In this document: piece by piece, positions 18,455-28,168 of the stretch | Layout of the letters: each line of letters starts with the position of its first letter | How positions within the stretch are numbered: the first letter of the stretch is position 1 | IMG/VR virus record: IMGVR_UViG_3300032242_000723 | Coordinates: 62,001-126,000 of that record | Reading direction: 5' to 3' (one strand) | DNA length: 64,000 nucleotides | Translations under genes and position numbers: made by a program | Notes under the pieces: model-generated | Databases searched by the model: none | Seen by the model: only the letters and a program-made list of their open reading frames with translations | Told to the model about the DNA's origin: nothing

Positions 18455-18913
18455 ATGACTAATACACAACTACACCTTCGTGCCCTTGACATTCCGTCAA
18501 TCCATAGATTTGCAGTAGGATTCGATTCAATGATCGATGAACTTATGCGAACTAATGCAGAACAACCAAACACTAACTATCCCCCATATAACGTAATCAA
18601 GCACACAGACGACATGTTCACGATTGAACTGGCTGTGGCTGGCTTTGATGAACAAGACATCAAGATCACCGTTGATAAGAATGTTCTCTTAATCAAAGGT
18701 GAACAGCGTCAGGATGTTGGTGAACTGGATCAAGAAGTTGAATACCTACATCGCGGGATTTCAGCACGAAACTTCACACGTTCGTTTAAACTAGCGGACT
18801 ATGTGGAAGTAGTAAACGCTACTGCTAGTAACGGTATCCTCAAGGTCGAACTTGAGAGACAAGTTCCTGAAGCGGCTAAGCCAAAAACTATTCGCATATC
18901 AAGTAATAAGTGA
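18455..18913 (+). CDS. ibpA: small heat shock protein Hsp20 (IbpA-like)
   Basis: [39 protein letters not shown]...NGILKVEL. Confidence 0.95.
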   Translation: MTNTQLHLRALDIPSIHRFAVGFDSMIDELMRTNAEQPNTNYPPYNVIKHTDDMFTIELAVAGFDEQDIKITVDKNVLLIKGEQRQDVGELDQEVEYLHRGISARNFTRSFKLADYVEVVNATASNGILKVELERQVPEAAKPKTIRISSNK

Positions 18914-19501
18914 TTTACACTTACTAAAGTGAAAGCGTATCATTCCGGGTTTTCCACCTGATTTGAGGCAGTGAGGGCATGTTATTATAATCTTACTAGG
19001 ATTAATCTGTGATTGGAAATTATGAGTACCATTCGCAAATTGTGCCTTTGCTGCCTCTGATTGCGTCATCGGCGGTTTTCGGTCAGTAATCTTTGTGATC
19101 TTCTTCCGAAACTCTGGTGATTGATTTTTTCTGCGATTTGCCTCTGCTATCTTGGTAGAATCTCGTTTAGGTTTACGCATTTTAGCCTTGTGTTCTTCGC
19201 TCAAAGGTCCATATTTAGGATTCTTTTTGGTATGTTTTGAGGCACCATCTCCGCCGTCTGTTTTGTTGATTAGGATTCCTGTACCAAGGTCTTTTCTTCC
19301 GTACCAACGAATCATTCTACGTTCAATCGCAAGGGCACCGGTATTAGTTAGATTACATTCTAAGAATACGATTTTGGATCTATCTTTAGGAACAGAAACG
19401 CCAGGATGCCTAGCATATGCTCTGTTGTCTTTGCCTTTTCCGATATAATAGGGAGTGTTGTCACTTTTGCGTAGGTACGCATATACGTAATAAATAGTCA
19501 T
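18899..19501 (-). CDS. GIY-YIG-type endonuclease with NUMOD3-like linker and Zn finger
   Basis: YYVY-x-[20 protein letters not shown]; [22 protein letters not shown]. Confidence 0.8.
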   Translation of the reverse strand: MTIYYVYAYLRKSDNTPYYIGKGKDNRAYARHPGVSVPKDRSKIVFLECNLTNTGALAIERRMIRWYGRKDLGTGILINKTDGGDGASKHTKKNPKYGPLSEEHKAKMRKPKRDSTKIAEANRRKNQSPEFRKKITKITDRKPPMTQSEAAKAQFANGTHNFQSQINPSKIIITCPHCLKSGGKPGMIRFHFSKCKSLIT

Positions 19502-19569
19502 TGCTGATGCTCCTTCAAAGCGTTAGAGTAGTTGGGTGTTAGCGCACCGTGAACTACATCTTTATTTAG
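19502..19569 (-). promoter_or_regulatory. conserved endonuclease leader copy 3
   Basis: CTAAATAAAGATGTAGTTCACGGTGCGCTAACACCCAACTACTCTAACGCTTTGAAGGAGCATCAGCAATG. Confidence 0.8.
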
Positions 19570-19670
19570 TCCAAAACACTTGCTATTCATAACAATAAAT
19601 AGTATAGTAAATCAATAACCCGTGCTTGCAGTCAATAATGGCTGCAATCACACTAACAAGGATCAATAAC

Positions 19671-19979
19671 ATGGCAAACGCCGAAACAAAAAGCAAGATC
19701 AAGCCTAACCTCGCACTTCGCGAACCTCCTCTTTGGAAGATCATCTATTTCAATGATGAGAAGACCACGATGGAATTCGTTGTTGAATCTTTGGTTGAGT
19801 TCTTTAACTACAACGTGGATACTGCATCAGCCATTACAGTTGATATCCATGAAAACGGCAGTGCGGTAGTCGCAGTATTACCGCATGAGATTGCAGAACA
19901 AAAAGGCGTTGAAGTCACGCTGGATGCACGATCAAAGGGTTATCCCTTGAAGGTCATGGTCGAAGCGGAATCAAACTGA
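19671..19979 (+). CDS. clpS: ClpS N-end-rule adaptor
   Basis: EPPLWKIIYFNDEKTTMEFVV, IHENGSAVV, E.K..EV...AR..GYPL. Confidence 0.9.
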   Translation: MANAETKSKIKPNLALREPPLWKIIYFNDEKTTMEFVVESLVEFFNYNVDTASAITVDIHENGSAVVAVLPHEIAEQKGVEVTLDARSKGYPLKVMVEAESN

Positions 19980-20669
19980 TAAAGTGATACGCTTAGCGTA
20001 GTATGGATTCTTTTTCAAATATGGATTATTGACATAGTTGGTGTTGTTAATCACAACATCAGCACTCTTGTCGTAGGTACCAAATACCCAATGCGTTACT
20101 TTATGTTCGGTATCACTTGACAGTGTATCGCGTAGAGGTATTTGGTCTTCTACGATATCAGGCTTTTCCCCAAAGTATAAATCAGGATGAGGAACTGCAC
20201 CTGTAACAACGATCATCTTCTTGATGTCTAGGTGCTTTTGTAGTTTCCCAATCGCGTTATATAGATAGGCTACATCCTCGTGCCTTGCGGATGCAGGAAG
20301 AAGATTGTCTAATGTGAGAGAATCTCCTACGTTACTCCAACCATTGATACCTACAACAGCGATGCCGTCAATAATGACTACATGTTGATGTAGCATACAT
20401 ACGTTCGGGATAGCCTTAGTAATGGCTATTAACTCTGTTGTACGCTTGCTAATACTTTCTGCTGTTTCATATTCTAAGACACCAGGTACATAGAATACAC
20501 CTTGGTAAAATCTACCTAAGTGTGAAAGTGTTTGCACCACTGTTCGCAAACTTGAACTGATATTGCCTGCTACCAAACAATATAAACTCGTTGCTTTTCC
20601 TTCCCAGTTGAAACTATCATCGGGAGCGAGGTGCAAATCACTTATCAGGTCAAAACCGATATCTTGCAT
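19971..20669 (-). CDS. metallophosphoesterase-fold protein with degenerate metal ligands
   Basis: ISDLHL retained, but AGN for GD and PGVLE for GNHE. Confidence 0.65.
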   Translation of the reverse strand: MQDIGFDLISDLHLAPDDSFNWEGKATSLYCLVAGNISSSLRTVVQTLSHLGRFYQGVFYVPGVLEYETAESISKRTTELIAITKAIPNVCMLHQHVVIIDGIAVVGINGWSNVGDSLTLDNLLPASARHEDVAYLYNAIGKLQKHLDIKKMIVVTGAVPHPDLYFGEKPDIVEDQIPLRDTLSSDTEHKVTHWVFGTYDKSADVVINNTNYVNNPYLKKNPYYAKRITLSV

Positions 20670-20679
20670 GATATAGGTT

Positions 20680-20877
20680 TTACTTTGCTACGTTTAACTT
20701 AGGCTTGCGAGGGGCACGTGGCTTCTTGATTGCTGCTTCTACGACATCTTCAACAGGAGCCTCAACTGGTGCTACCTTTGCAACTGCTTCTACCTTAGGA
20801 GCCTCAGCAACTGTAGTTACTACAGTAGTAGGCGTAGATGGGAAGATAGCACTTAATAACTTCTTTAGAAATGACAT
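20680..20877 (-). CDS. small Ala/Pro/Lys-rich protein
   Basis: 65-aa ORF with AGGAG RBS and TAAATA motif upstream on minus strand. Confidence 0.55.
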   Translation of the reverse strand: MSFLKKLLSAIFPSTPTTVVTTVAEAPKVEAVAKVAPVEAPVEDVVEAAIKKPRAPRKPKLNVAK

Positions 20878-20951
20878 ATAATATTTCTCCTAATAGTCTG
20901 GTTTCTAATAGTATTTATGATAGTATCCGTTTAGATTATAATAAATACATC

Positions 20952-22493
20952 ATGCGTGACATACTTGAAAAACTTGAGACTTTATCCGAAAGCACTGGCC
21001 TAGCTAATCGTAAAGCAGGTGACGTGTTTCGCAATACTGACGGCGATGAGATCACGTTTGATGGTATTGATTTCTACCCTAAAGAAGCAGGTAGATATGA
21101 CAATGAACAGCTAGATCATGCAGTACTTGATATAGGATCAGAAACCGATCATAATCTTAAATGGTTAAACAATCGCACAGGTCGCACTGGCGGATTTGCT
21201 ATTGCAAAGTTTACAGGGAAAGAAGGACCTCTATATTTCGGGCGTTATCTTGAACAGATTAAAGCAGACCCTGTTGATAACTATATTCCTAATCAAATCG
21301 GTGATTATAAACTTGCCAGCAAGGCAGCAGCAAAAGCTCAGTCTGGATTGACCCCACAAGACCTGCTCGTTAATAAGATTGATCTAACAGCGGATGATAT
21401 TCTTGGTCAGCTAGCTGAAACGTTAGGTACCGATAACACTCTTTATGATGTCGCCGCTAAACTAGCTGCAGGTGAGCCGCTTCCCATGACGTTTGATGCA
21501 CCTCCTAACATAAGTTTCTCTGCGTTCCGTGACTACTTTTGCGAGATTCTACAACCAATCGCATTACAAATGGGGCAGTACACGGGCAATGCGGGCGAGG
21601 CTGCTGAAGTCTTCTTAGGTGGAAGTTTTCAAAACACTCTTATCTCGTTTGATGACACGAAGACAGCTGGTCTCAGTGACAGCATTATGACTAACGAAGA
21701 AGGCAAATACATCAAGGTTAGTACTAAGGGCGGTCTCGGCGCGATGGCAAGTACGGCTAATCTAGTCAAGAGTGCTGACGAGCTATCACAAACCGAAAAC
21801 GGTAGAAAGTTAATGGAGAAGTACTCCGAAACTATTGAAATACTACGTGAGATCAAGGACCGAGGGCAGGCACTTGCACCTATATACTTAGGTTTAAAGT
21901 ATGATATTATCGACAGAGAAGATGCTAAGAAAATCATATCGTTAAAGAACGTTAATCCTCAGCCAATGAGTGAGTTAGATAACTTAGGGTTATCAGACAA
22001 TCTGTTAAAGTTAGCCAAAATCAGAAAAACATCTAATCAAGATAGTGTTAACTTCTATTACCTATTACTTGCTGGATTGGCTCAGGAAGCTGCGGACCAA
22101 GTTAATGAACACACTGACTTTAGCAGTACGGCTGCTGACATCTTGAACAACGGGGCACTCATTCAAGTCTATACTAAAGCCAGCGAGAACAAAGGACAAT
22201 GGACTCTAAAAGAGTTTGAAACTGTATACCCAGGTGAAAGCATTAAGGGTGTTTATCTGTCGGCAGCGAAAACGTATTATAGTACTGGTATTAAGGGTAA
22301 CTTCACATTCAAGATCGACAAGGGCAAGGGTCTACCTGAAGATAAACCTGAGTCTAGTATTGGTAGAGAGAAACGAACAGACACCGCTCCCGAGTTTGCT
22401 AAAAAGGCTGGCGACATTGCATTAGGTAGAGATAAACCAAAAAGCAAGGAACCATCTTCAATGGGTAATGTAGGTAGAGAAAAACGCAAATAG
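20952..22493 (+). CDS. large late protein, possible PD-(D/E)xK-like domain
   Basis: ATAAATA directly upstream of ATG 20952; LSDSIM...IKVSTKGG. Confidence 0.65.
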   Translation: MRDILEKLETLSESTGLANRKAGDVFRNTDGDEITFDGIDFYPKEAGRYDNEQLDHAVLDIGSETDHNLKWLNNRTGRTGGFAIAKFTGKEGPLYFGRYLEQIKADPVDNYIPNQIGDYKLASKAAAKAQSGLTPQDLLVNKIDLTADDILGQLAETLGTDNTLYDVAAKLAAGEPLPMTFDAPPNISFSAFRDYFCEILQPIALQMGQYTGNAGEAAEVFLGGSFQNTLISFDDTKTAGLSDSIMTNEEGKYIKVSTKGGLGAMASTANLVKSADELSQTENGRKLMEKYSETIEILREIKDRGQALAPIYLGLKYDIIDREDAKKIISLKNVNPQPMSELDNLGLSDNLLKLAKIRKTSNQDSVNFYYLLLAGLAQEAADQVNEHTDFSSTAADILNNGALIQVYTKASENKGQWTLKEFETVYPGESIKGVYLSAAKTYYSTGIKGNFTFKIDKGKGLPEDKPESSIGREKRTDTAPEFAKKAGDIALGRDKPKSKEPSSMGNVGREKRK

Positions 22494-22573
22494 TGTTTTG
22501 GTAACCAAAACACTTGTAATCCTTAATGAGATATCGTAAGATATAAATCTCAGTAACATAAAAGGATTATTAT

Positions 22574-23164
22574 ATGAGTTTGGTTCCAATCGTACTTGAA
22601 CAAACGGCTCGCGGTGAGCGTTCATACGACATCTATTCCCGTTTGCTACGAGATCGTGTTATTTTGCTTGAGGGCGAAGTGCATGATCAAATGGCAAATC
22701 TTATCGTCGCACAGTTGCTCTATCTTGAGTCAGAAGACTCAGCCACTGACATCTCACTTTACATCAATAGTCCAGGTGGCTCTGTAACTGCTGGCTTAGC
22801 GATTTACGATGCTATGCAGTTCATCAAGCCCGATATCTCAACTATCGTTATGGGACAAGCATGTTCAATGGGGTCGTTTCTTGCTCAAGCAGGTTCTCCA
22901 GGTAAGCGTCTTATGCTTCCATATGCACGTCACATGATTCACCAACCATCTGGTGGTGCTCGTGGTATGCAAAGTGATATTGCAATTCAATACAAAGAAA
23001 TCACACAGATCAAGACGACTCTTACTGAACTTTATGTCCAACATAACTCTAAGGGCAAGACCTACGAAGAGTTTGAGAAGGACATGGATCGCGATACGTT
23101 TATGAGTGCTCAAGAAGCCCTTGATTATGGATTGATTGATCGTATTGTTACTAAGCGTGACTAA
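22574..23164 (+). CDS. clpP: ClpP protease subunit
   Basis: [28 protein letters not shown] (Ser), MIHQP (His), DRDTFMSA (Asp). Confidence 0.97.
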   Translation: MSLVPIVLEQTARGERSYDIYSRLLRDRVILLEGEVHDQMANLIVAQLLYLESEDSATDISLYINSPGGSVTAGLAIYDAMQFIKPDISTIVMGQACSMGSFLAQAGSPGKRLMLPYARHMIHQPSGGARGMQSDIAIQYKEITQIKTTLTELYVQHNSKGKTYEEFEKDMDRDTFMSAQEALDYGLIDRIVTKRD

Positions 23165-23252
23165 AAAGTATATGCAGAAATTGTAGCTTGGGTCTGCACC
23201 TTTATAAGTAATCTTTGCTTATAATAAAAAGCTACACACAAACGGAGATAAA

Positions 23253-25628
23253 ATGAAGTTAAAATATTTACTCGCAGCTACTACTGCTGCACTGTGTCTG
23301 TCTTTCGGGACTGCACATGCAGTTGAGGTTGCTGATGATCCATCAGTGATCGTTATTACCGCAACCAAGCGAGAAACTAATCTAAAGGATACCCCAATCT
23401 CAGTCGTTGTTCAAAACGCACAGAGCCTTCAGGATCGTCACGTTCAAAGTCTAGTTGACTTTGCTGATGGTGCGGTCCCATCGCTTCGCGTTGCAACTTT
23501 TGAGTCACGTCAATCAGCATTGACTATCGGCATTCGTGGTATTGTTCCTTTTGATGCAAATCAAACGGCACGAGATCAGGGCGTTGGTGTTTATCTTGAT
23601 GGCGTCTATCTTGGTCGTCAACAAGGTCTGAATGCAGCATTGTTTGATGTTGATCGTATTGAAGTCCTTCGTGGTCCTCAGGGAACACTCTTCGGTCGTA
23701 ATACTGAAGGTGGTGCATTGTCAATCATCACTAAGCAACCAACTGGTGAGTTCGGTGGCAGTTTGACAGGTGGCATTGGCAACTACGGTAGCTATACTAC
23801 ACAGGCTCACATTGATCTTCCTTCAGTTGCAAACATCGCAGTTAAGGTTGATGGTGTTGTTCAACATCAAGATGCTACGGTGAAGAATATTCTTGCTGGT
23901 CAAACTGGCTGGAACTATCGTCACAATGTCGGTGGAAAGATCACTGCAAAGTGGGAACCTACTGACAACTTCTCGGCTACGGTATCATACGATAACGTAC
24001 ACGACAAGAACACGCCAAACTATAGCCAACTGATCAACTACAACCCAACGAATAAGACTGTTGGTAAGTATGATACAGTGACTAACAAGCTGGTTGCACC
24101 TACTGCACCTACTGGCACTTCAACTGTTTGTGCGACTTGTATTGCCCCTCTCTCACGCCTCGTGTATGTGAGTGGTACTGATCGTCAATCAGTTGCTGAA
24201 ATCGGCGTTCCACAACAGCCTAGCATTGGTGACTCAAATGGTTACTCTGCTAATCTGAAGTACACGGTTTCACCAACACTGGAACTTCGCTCTATCACTG
24301 CAAAGCGTAGGGTAACTACTGAACAGTGGGACAACTCGGGCGGCGCACATAGAACGATCTTTGCTCCTAATGCAAACTTCAGCCGGTACAGTCTGTCGCA
24401 TTTGTATCAAGATCAAGTCAGCCAAGAATTCCAAGCAGTAGGCGAATTGCCTAAGTTGGATTATGTTGTTGGTCTGTACTACTTCAAGGAACATGTTCAA
24501 GAATATGCGGCAACTGCATCCACTAATAAGTGGAACGCAACTGGTACTGCATATACGATCAACAGCCCATCGGTAGCAGGAGCAATCACTTCTTCTAACA
24601 ATGGTTGGAATCCTTACTCTTGGTTCTTTGCGCGAAACAGCCGAGCAACTTCTGAAAGCAAAGCCGCTTTCGCTCAAGCAACTTGGACACCAGTTGAAAA
24701 GGTTCACTTGACTGTTGGTGGTCGTTATACAGAAGACAAGCGTAATGGTGCGTTGACTGTTGTATCTGGTGTTGCTACTCCTTGGAAGTTGAAGTTTGAT
24801 AAGTCACGCTTTGATCCAATGGTAACGGTTGCGGTTGATGCTACTGATCATATCAATGCATATGCTAAGTATTCAACTGGCTATCGTGCTGGTGGTGCAA
24901 ATGATCGTTCTTCACGATTTAGTGCATTCGGTCCAGAATCTGTTACAGCGTATGAAATCGGTACTAAGGCAAATATGTTCGACAACACTGTCAATCTAAA
25001 TGTCGCAGGTTATATGATGGATCGCACTGGAACTCAGATTGACTTTGACCACGTTGATACTTCACCCTATCTTGCTGATGGCGTGACTAAGAACCCAACT
25101 TTCAATCTTCACACCGAAGATACTGCGAATGCTCCTGGCACTTCAAAGATTCGTGGTGCTGAAGTTGAATTGACTGTTCGTCCAACTAACCGACTATCGT
25201 TTGGTACGTCTTATGCGTATACATATACTAACATCCCTGCTACTCTGAACCCACAAACTGGTGCATTGACTAAGGTGTTCGTTGTGTACACTCCTAAGAA
25301 TGCGGCAGCAGCTTATGTTGACTATCGTATCCCACTCAAGAACGATGCTCGTGTAGAACTACACGCCGATGCTAACTACTCTGATGCAGTTTACAGTTTC
25401 CAGAATGAAAATGTACTGACACAGCCTAGCTTCATCGTCAACGGTCGGGTTGCTCTTGCTAACCTCTCTGTTGCTAATCAGAAGACTTCTGTCTCACTTT
25501 GGGGCAGAAATATTCTAGACGAGACGCATGTTTATCGTAGGTCTGATGCTAATATCACGACTCTCGGTTCTTATGCAAACTTCAATCCACCTCGCACTTT
25601 CGGTGTAGAAGTGAATACGAAGTTCTAA
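23253..25628 (+). CDS. TonB-dependent outer-membrane receptor
   Basis: Signal peptide, IVITATKRE TonB-box region, IRG, VYLDGV, IEVLRGPQGTLFGRN..GGA plug motifs, C-terminal PRTFGVEVNTKF. Confidence 0.93.
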   Translation: MKLKYLLAATTAALCLSFGTAHAVEVADDPSVIVITATKRETNLKDTPISVVVQNAQSLQDRHVQSLVDFADGAVPSLRVATFESRQSALTIGIRGIVPFDANQTARDQGVGVYLDGVYLGRQQGLNAALFDVDRIEVLRGPQGTLFGRNTEGGALSIITKQPTGEFGGSLTGGIGNYGSYTTQAHIDLPSVANIAVKVDGVVQHQDATVKNILAGQTGWNYRHNVGGKITAKWEPTDNFSATVSYDNVHDKNTPNYSQLINYNPTNKTVGKYDTVTNKLVAPTAPTGTSTVCATCIAPLSRLVYVSGTDRQSVAEIGVPQQPSIGDSNGYSANLKYTVSPTLELRSITAKRRVTTEQWDNSGGAHRTIFAPNANFSRYSLSHLYQDQVSQEFQAVGELPKLDYVVGLYYFKEHVQEYAATASTNKWNATGTAYTINSPSVAGAITSSNNGWNPYSWFFARNSRATSESKAAFAQATWTPVEKVHLTVGGRYTEDKRNGALTVVSGVATPWKLKFDKSRFDPMVTVAVDATDHINAYAKYSTGYRAGGANDRSSRFSAFGPESVTAYEIGTKANMFDNTVNLNVAGYMMDRTGTQIDFDHVDTSPYLADGVTKNPTFNLHTEDTANAPGTSKIRGAEVELTVRPTNRLSFGTSYAYTYTNIPATLNPQTGALTKVFVVYTPKNAAAAYVDYRIPLKNDARVELHADANYSDAVYSFQNENVLTQPSFIVNGRVALANLSVANQKTSVSLWGRNILDETHVYRRSDANITTLGSYANFNPPRTFGVEVNTKF

Positions 25629-25724
25629 AAATACTTTGATCAGGCTAGACCACAGCTTTTGCTGAGTCTGGTCAAAGTCTCAGGCTTCGGCTTGAGTGGC
25701 GAGGGTGATAACACACTCCAGAGA

Positions 25725-25753
25725 ATACCCTCGATAGAAATATCGGGGGTATT
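25725..25753 (+). terminator. intrinsic terminator-like hairpin, copy 1 of a 29-bp direct repeat
   Basis: ATACCCTCGAT-AGAA-ATATCGGGGGTATT, identical to 26901-26929. Confidence 0.7.
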
Positions 25754-25813
25754 CTTGTATTACACTACAAGTGTACTAAATAAGTTTACACACAGAGAGA
25801 GAAAAGGTGGTGC

Positions 25814-26875
25814 ATGTCAAAAATTCTATTCATTCTAAAACGCCGTGAAGATTACAGTGCAATACTGCACGATCAAGTTGGCCTGAGCACAGGTCTTTTT
25901 AATAGTGCTACTTTTGTTAATGATATGCTAATAAATGCTGGCATTGAAAGCATTCTTGAAGTCGCAATTGATAATAATTGCATTGATGGATTAGTGAACA
26001 AACATAAACCTACTCATGTTATAATTGAAGCACTGTGGGTGGTTCCATCTAAATTTGAAGTATTATGCAAACTACATCCTGATGTAACATGGATCATTCG
26101 CTTACATAGCGAAATGCCGTTCATGGCTGGCGAAGGCATCGCGATGGAGTGGATTGGTGAATATAGTAAGTTTAAGAATATTGTTATCGGGGTAAATGCG
26201 CCTCGTATGATGCGTGAAGTGCAAATGTATTTACGTCATTTGAACGGTTGGTCAAAGAAAGAAACAGCCAATCGTGTTATCTATATGCCAAACTATTATC
26301 CACAAAAATATAAATCAGTACGAAAAATTAATAAGAAAAAGAATACAATTGATATTGCGTGTTTTGGTGCTATTCGTCCTCTTAAAAATCATCTAACCCA
26401 GGCATTTGCTGCTATTGAATTTGCAGAAAGTATAGATAAAAAGTTACGTTTCCATATTAATGCAGGGCGTATTGAAATGAATGGTAGTCCTGTACTCAAT
26501 AATCTCAAAGGCCTGTTTGATCAAATATGTGCTCGTGGTCATATCCTAGTTGATCATCAATGGTCACTGCATGAAGAATTCTTAGAACTATGTGGCAAGA
26601 TGGATATTGGATTGCAATCTAGTTTCAGCGAGACGTTTAACATTGTTGGTGCAGACTTGATCAGTCAAGGTGTTCCATTAGTAAGTAGCCCTGAAATACC
26701 ATGGGCCGTTCCTTTGTTTGAAGCAGATCCAACCGAAACCAAACATATAGTAAAAAAACTAAAATTAGCATATAACTTTAACTGGTTAAATGTGAAATTA
26801 CATCAATGTGAATTAACAAAATACACTAACAAAACAAAAAAGATTTGGATCAAGCACTTTAAACGAAAGAAATAA
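25814..26875 (+). CDS. GT-B glycosyltransferase (GT4-like)
   Basis: IACFGAIRPLKN, DIGLQSSFSETFNIVGAD..SQGVPLVSS. Confidence 0.8.
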   Translation: MSKILFILKRREDYSAILHDQVGLSTGLFNSATFVNDMLINAGIESILEVAIDNNCIDGLVNKHKPTHVIIEALWVVPSKFEVLCKLHPDVTWIIRLHSEMPFMAGEGIAMEWIGEYSKFKNIVIGVNAPRMMREVQMYLRHLNGWSKKETANRVIYMPNYYPQKYKSVRKINKKKNTIDIACFGAIRPLKNHLTQAFAAIEFAESIDKKLRFHINAGRIEMNGSPVLNNLKGLFDQICARGHILVDHQWSLHEEFLELCGKMDIGLQSSFSETFNIVGADLISQGVPLVSSPEIPWAVPLFEADPTETKHIVKKLKLAYNFNWLNVKLHQCELTKYTNKTKKIWIKHFKRKK

Positions 26876-26900
26876 ACAAATATAATTTCAACCTATAACG

Positions 26901-26934
26901 ATACCCTCGATAGAAATATCGGGGGTATTTTTTT
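26901..26934 (+). terminator. intrinsic terminator, copy 2 of the 29-bp direct repeat
   Basis: Same hairpin followed by a T-run. Confidence 0.8.
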
Positions 26935-26956
26935 GATTAGACCGGCAAGAAAAAGG

Positions 26957-26985
26957 TTGACATCATTTACCCGTTTTGCTATATT
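26957..26985 (+). promoter_or_regulatory. early sigma70-type promoter
   Basis: TTGACA-17-TATATT. Confidence 0.8.
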
Positions 26986-27015
26986 GAGTCATAGATTGAA
27001 ACAAGGAAAAAAGAA

Positions 27016-27159
27016 ATGACTGTGCAAGAGTTGATGGAAGTTTTGAAGAACTTGGATCCGAACAAAGAGGTATGGATTCATAACGGAGAGTGGGATTCAT
27101 ATGATCGTCTGAACTGCGCGGAAATGGATGAAGATGGTGATTTGGTGTTGTATCCGTAA
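27016..27159 (+). CDS. 47-aa MTVxEL-type small protein (not in ORF track)
   Basis: MTVQELMEVLKNLDPNKEV; paralogous to 28712-28864. Confidence 0.6.
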   Translation: MTVQELMEVLKNLDPNKEVWIHNGEWDSYDRLNCAEMDEDGDLVLYP

Positions 27160-27179
27160 TTTTATTGGAAAGGAGAAGA

Positions 27180-27473
27180 ATGATGTGGCAGTTTGAGTTT
27201 GAGGCTCCTGTAAAGACACGGATCCTGCGTAATCATTTCTTTGGCATTCAGCATTACAGTGCGGTTGATAAATGGTTTTCACCAGGGCAAAAGAAGTGGT
27301 TGCCTGTTGATGATATTGAACGCACCCAAGGATTCAGTAACACCGCTACTTGCTCTTCGTTCAAAGCATTCAAGCGTCATCTGCGTAAGAATCCTGAACT
27401 ACAAGAGTGCGGTGAAGTGGTTTTGCAAAGTCGGTTTATGGGTCATAATATTATTGCAAAATGGATTGTGTAA
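27180..27473 (+). CDS. hypothetical protein
   Basis: AAGGAG RBS; 97-aa ORF. Confidence 0.6.
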   Translation: MMWQFEFEAPVKTRILRNHFFGIQHYSAVDKWFSPGQKKWLPVDDIERTQGFSNTATCSSFKAFKRHLRKNPELQECGEVVLQSRFMGHNIIAKWIV

Positions 27474-27619
27474 TGCCAAACGGTTATGTTATTGTTCATT
27501 ACAAAGATGATGGTTGCCATAACTGCGAAGATGATTTGAAGTTTTTAGACTCAGATAATATTTGTATAACTTGTGGCACTGAGTGGGAGCCAGATGAAAG
27601 TTATGAGGAGTGGACTTAA
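27473..27619 (+). CDS. 48-aa zinc-ribbon protein (not in ORF track)
   Basis: CHNC...CITC; TAATG overlap. Confidence 0.5.
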   Translation: MPNGYVIVHYKDDGCHNCEDDLKFLDSDNICITCGTEWEPDESYEEWT

Positions 27620-27640
27620 TGGCATTGAGGATTAAGGAAA

Positions 27641-28168
27641 ATGGAAAAAGTGTTACAACATCTACGCGAACGGCATCTTGATGTGGATCTTCACCGACCA
27701 GTCATTGATGAAGTTGAAGGTGTTGCAACACTTTTCCTATGGAATCTGTCAGGCGCACTTGTCGGCTATCAACAGTATCGTCCACACGCAAGTAAGGCTG
27801 TTAACAACGATGTTCGTTTGGGCCGTTACTTTACTCGTGTAAAGCAGCCCACAATCGCTGTGTGGGGCGTTGAGAGCTTGGACCTGACACCACATGTAGT
27901 ATTTGTCACAGAAGGCGTGTTTGACGCTGCACGACTAACATCGCGTGGCTACAGTGCTATCGCGGTGTTGTCAAATGATCCCAAGCGTGAACTGCGTAAC
28001 TGGTTGAAGTCATTGGCTCGCAAGGTTGTTGTCGTATGTGATAACGATAGTGCAGGTCGGCGTTTGGCTAAGTTTGGTGATGTTGTCGCATTCACTGAAG
28101 AAAAAGATTTAGGTGACAGTTCCGACGAGTTTGTGACTACCCTATTGGAAAAGTACGGAAGCGTTTAA
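27641..28168 (+). CDS. Toprim-domain (primase-like) protein
   Basis: VFVTEGVFDA, VVCDNDSAG, KDLGD. Confidence 0.85.
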   Translation: MEKVLQHLRERHLDVDLHRPVIDEVEGVATLFLWNLSGALVGYQQYRPHASKAVNNDVRLGRYFTRVKQPTIAVWGVESLDLTPHVVFVTEGVFDAARLTSRGYSAIAVLSNDPKRELRNWLKSLARKVVVVCDNDSAGRRLAKFGDVVAFTEEKDLGDSSDEFVTTLLEKYGSV

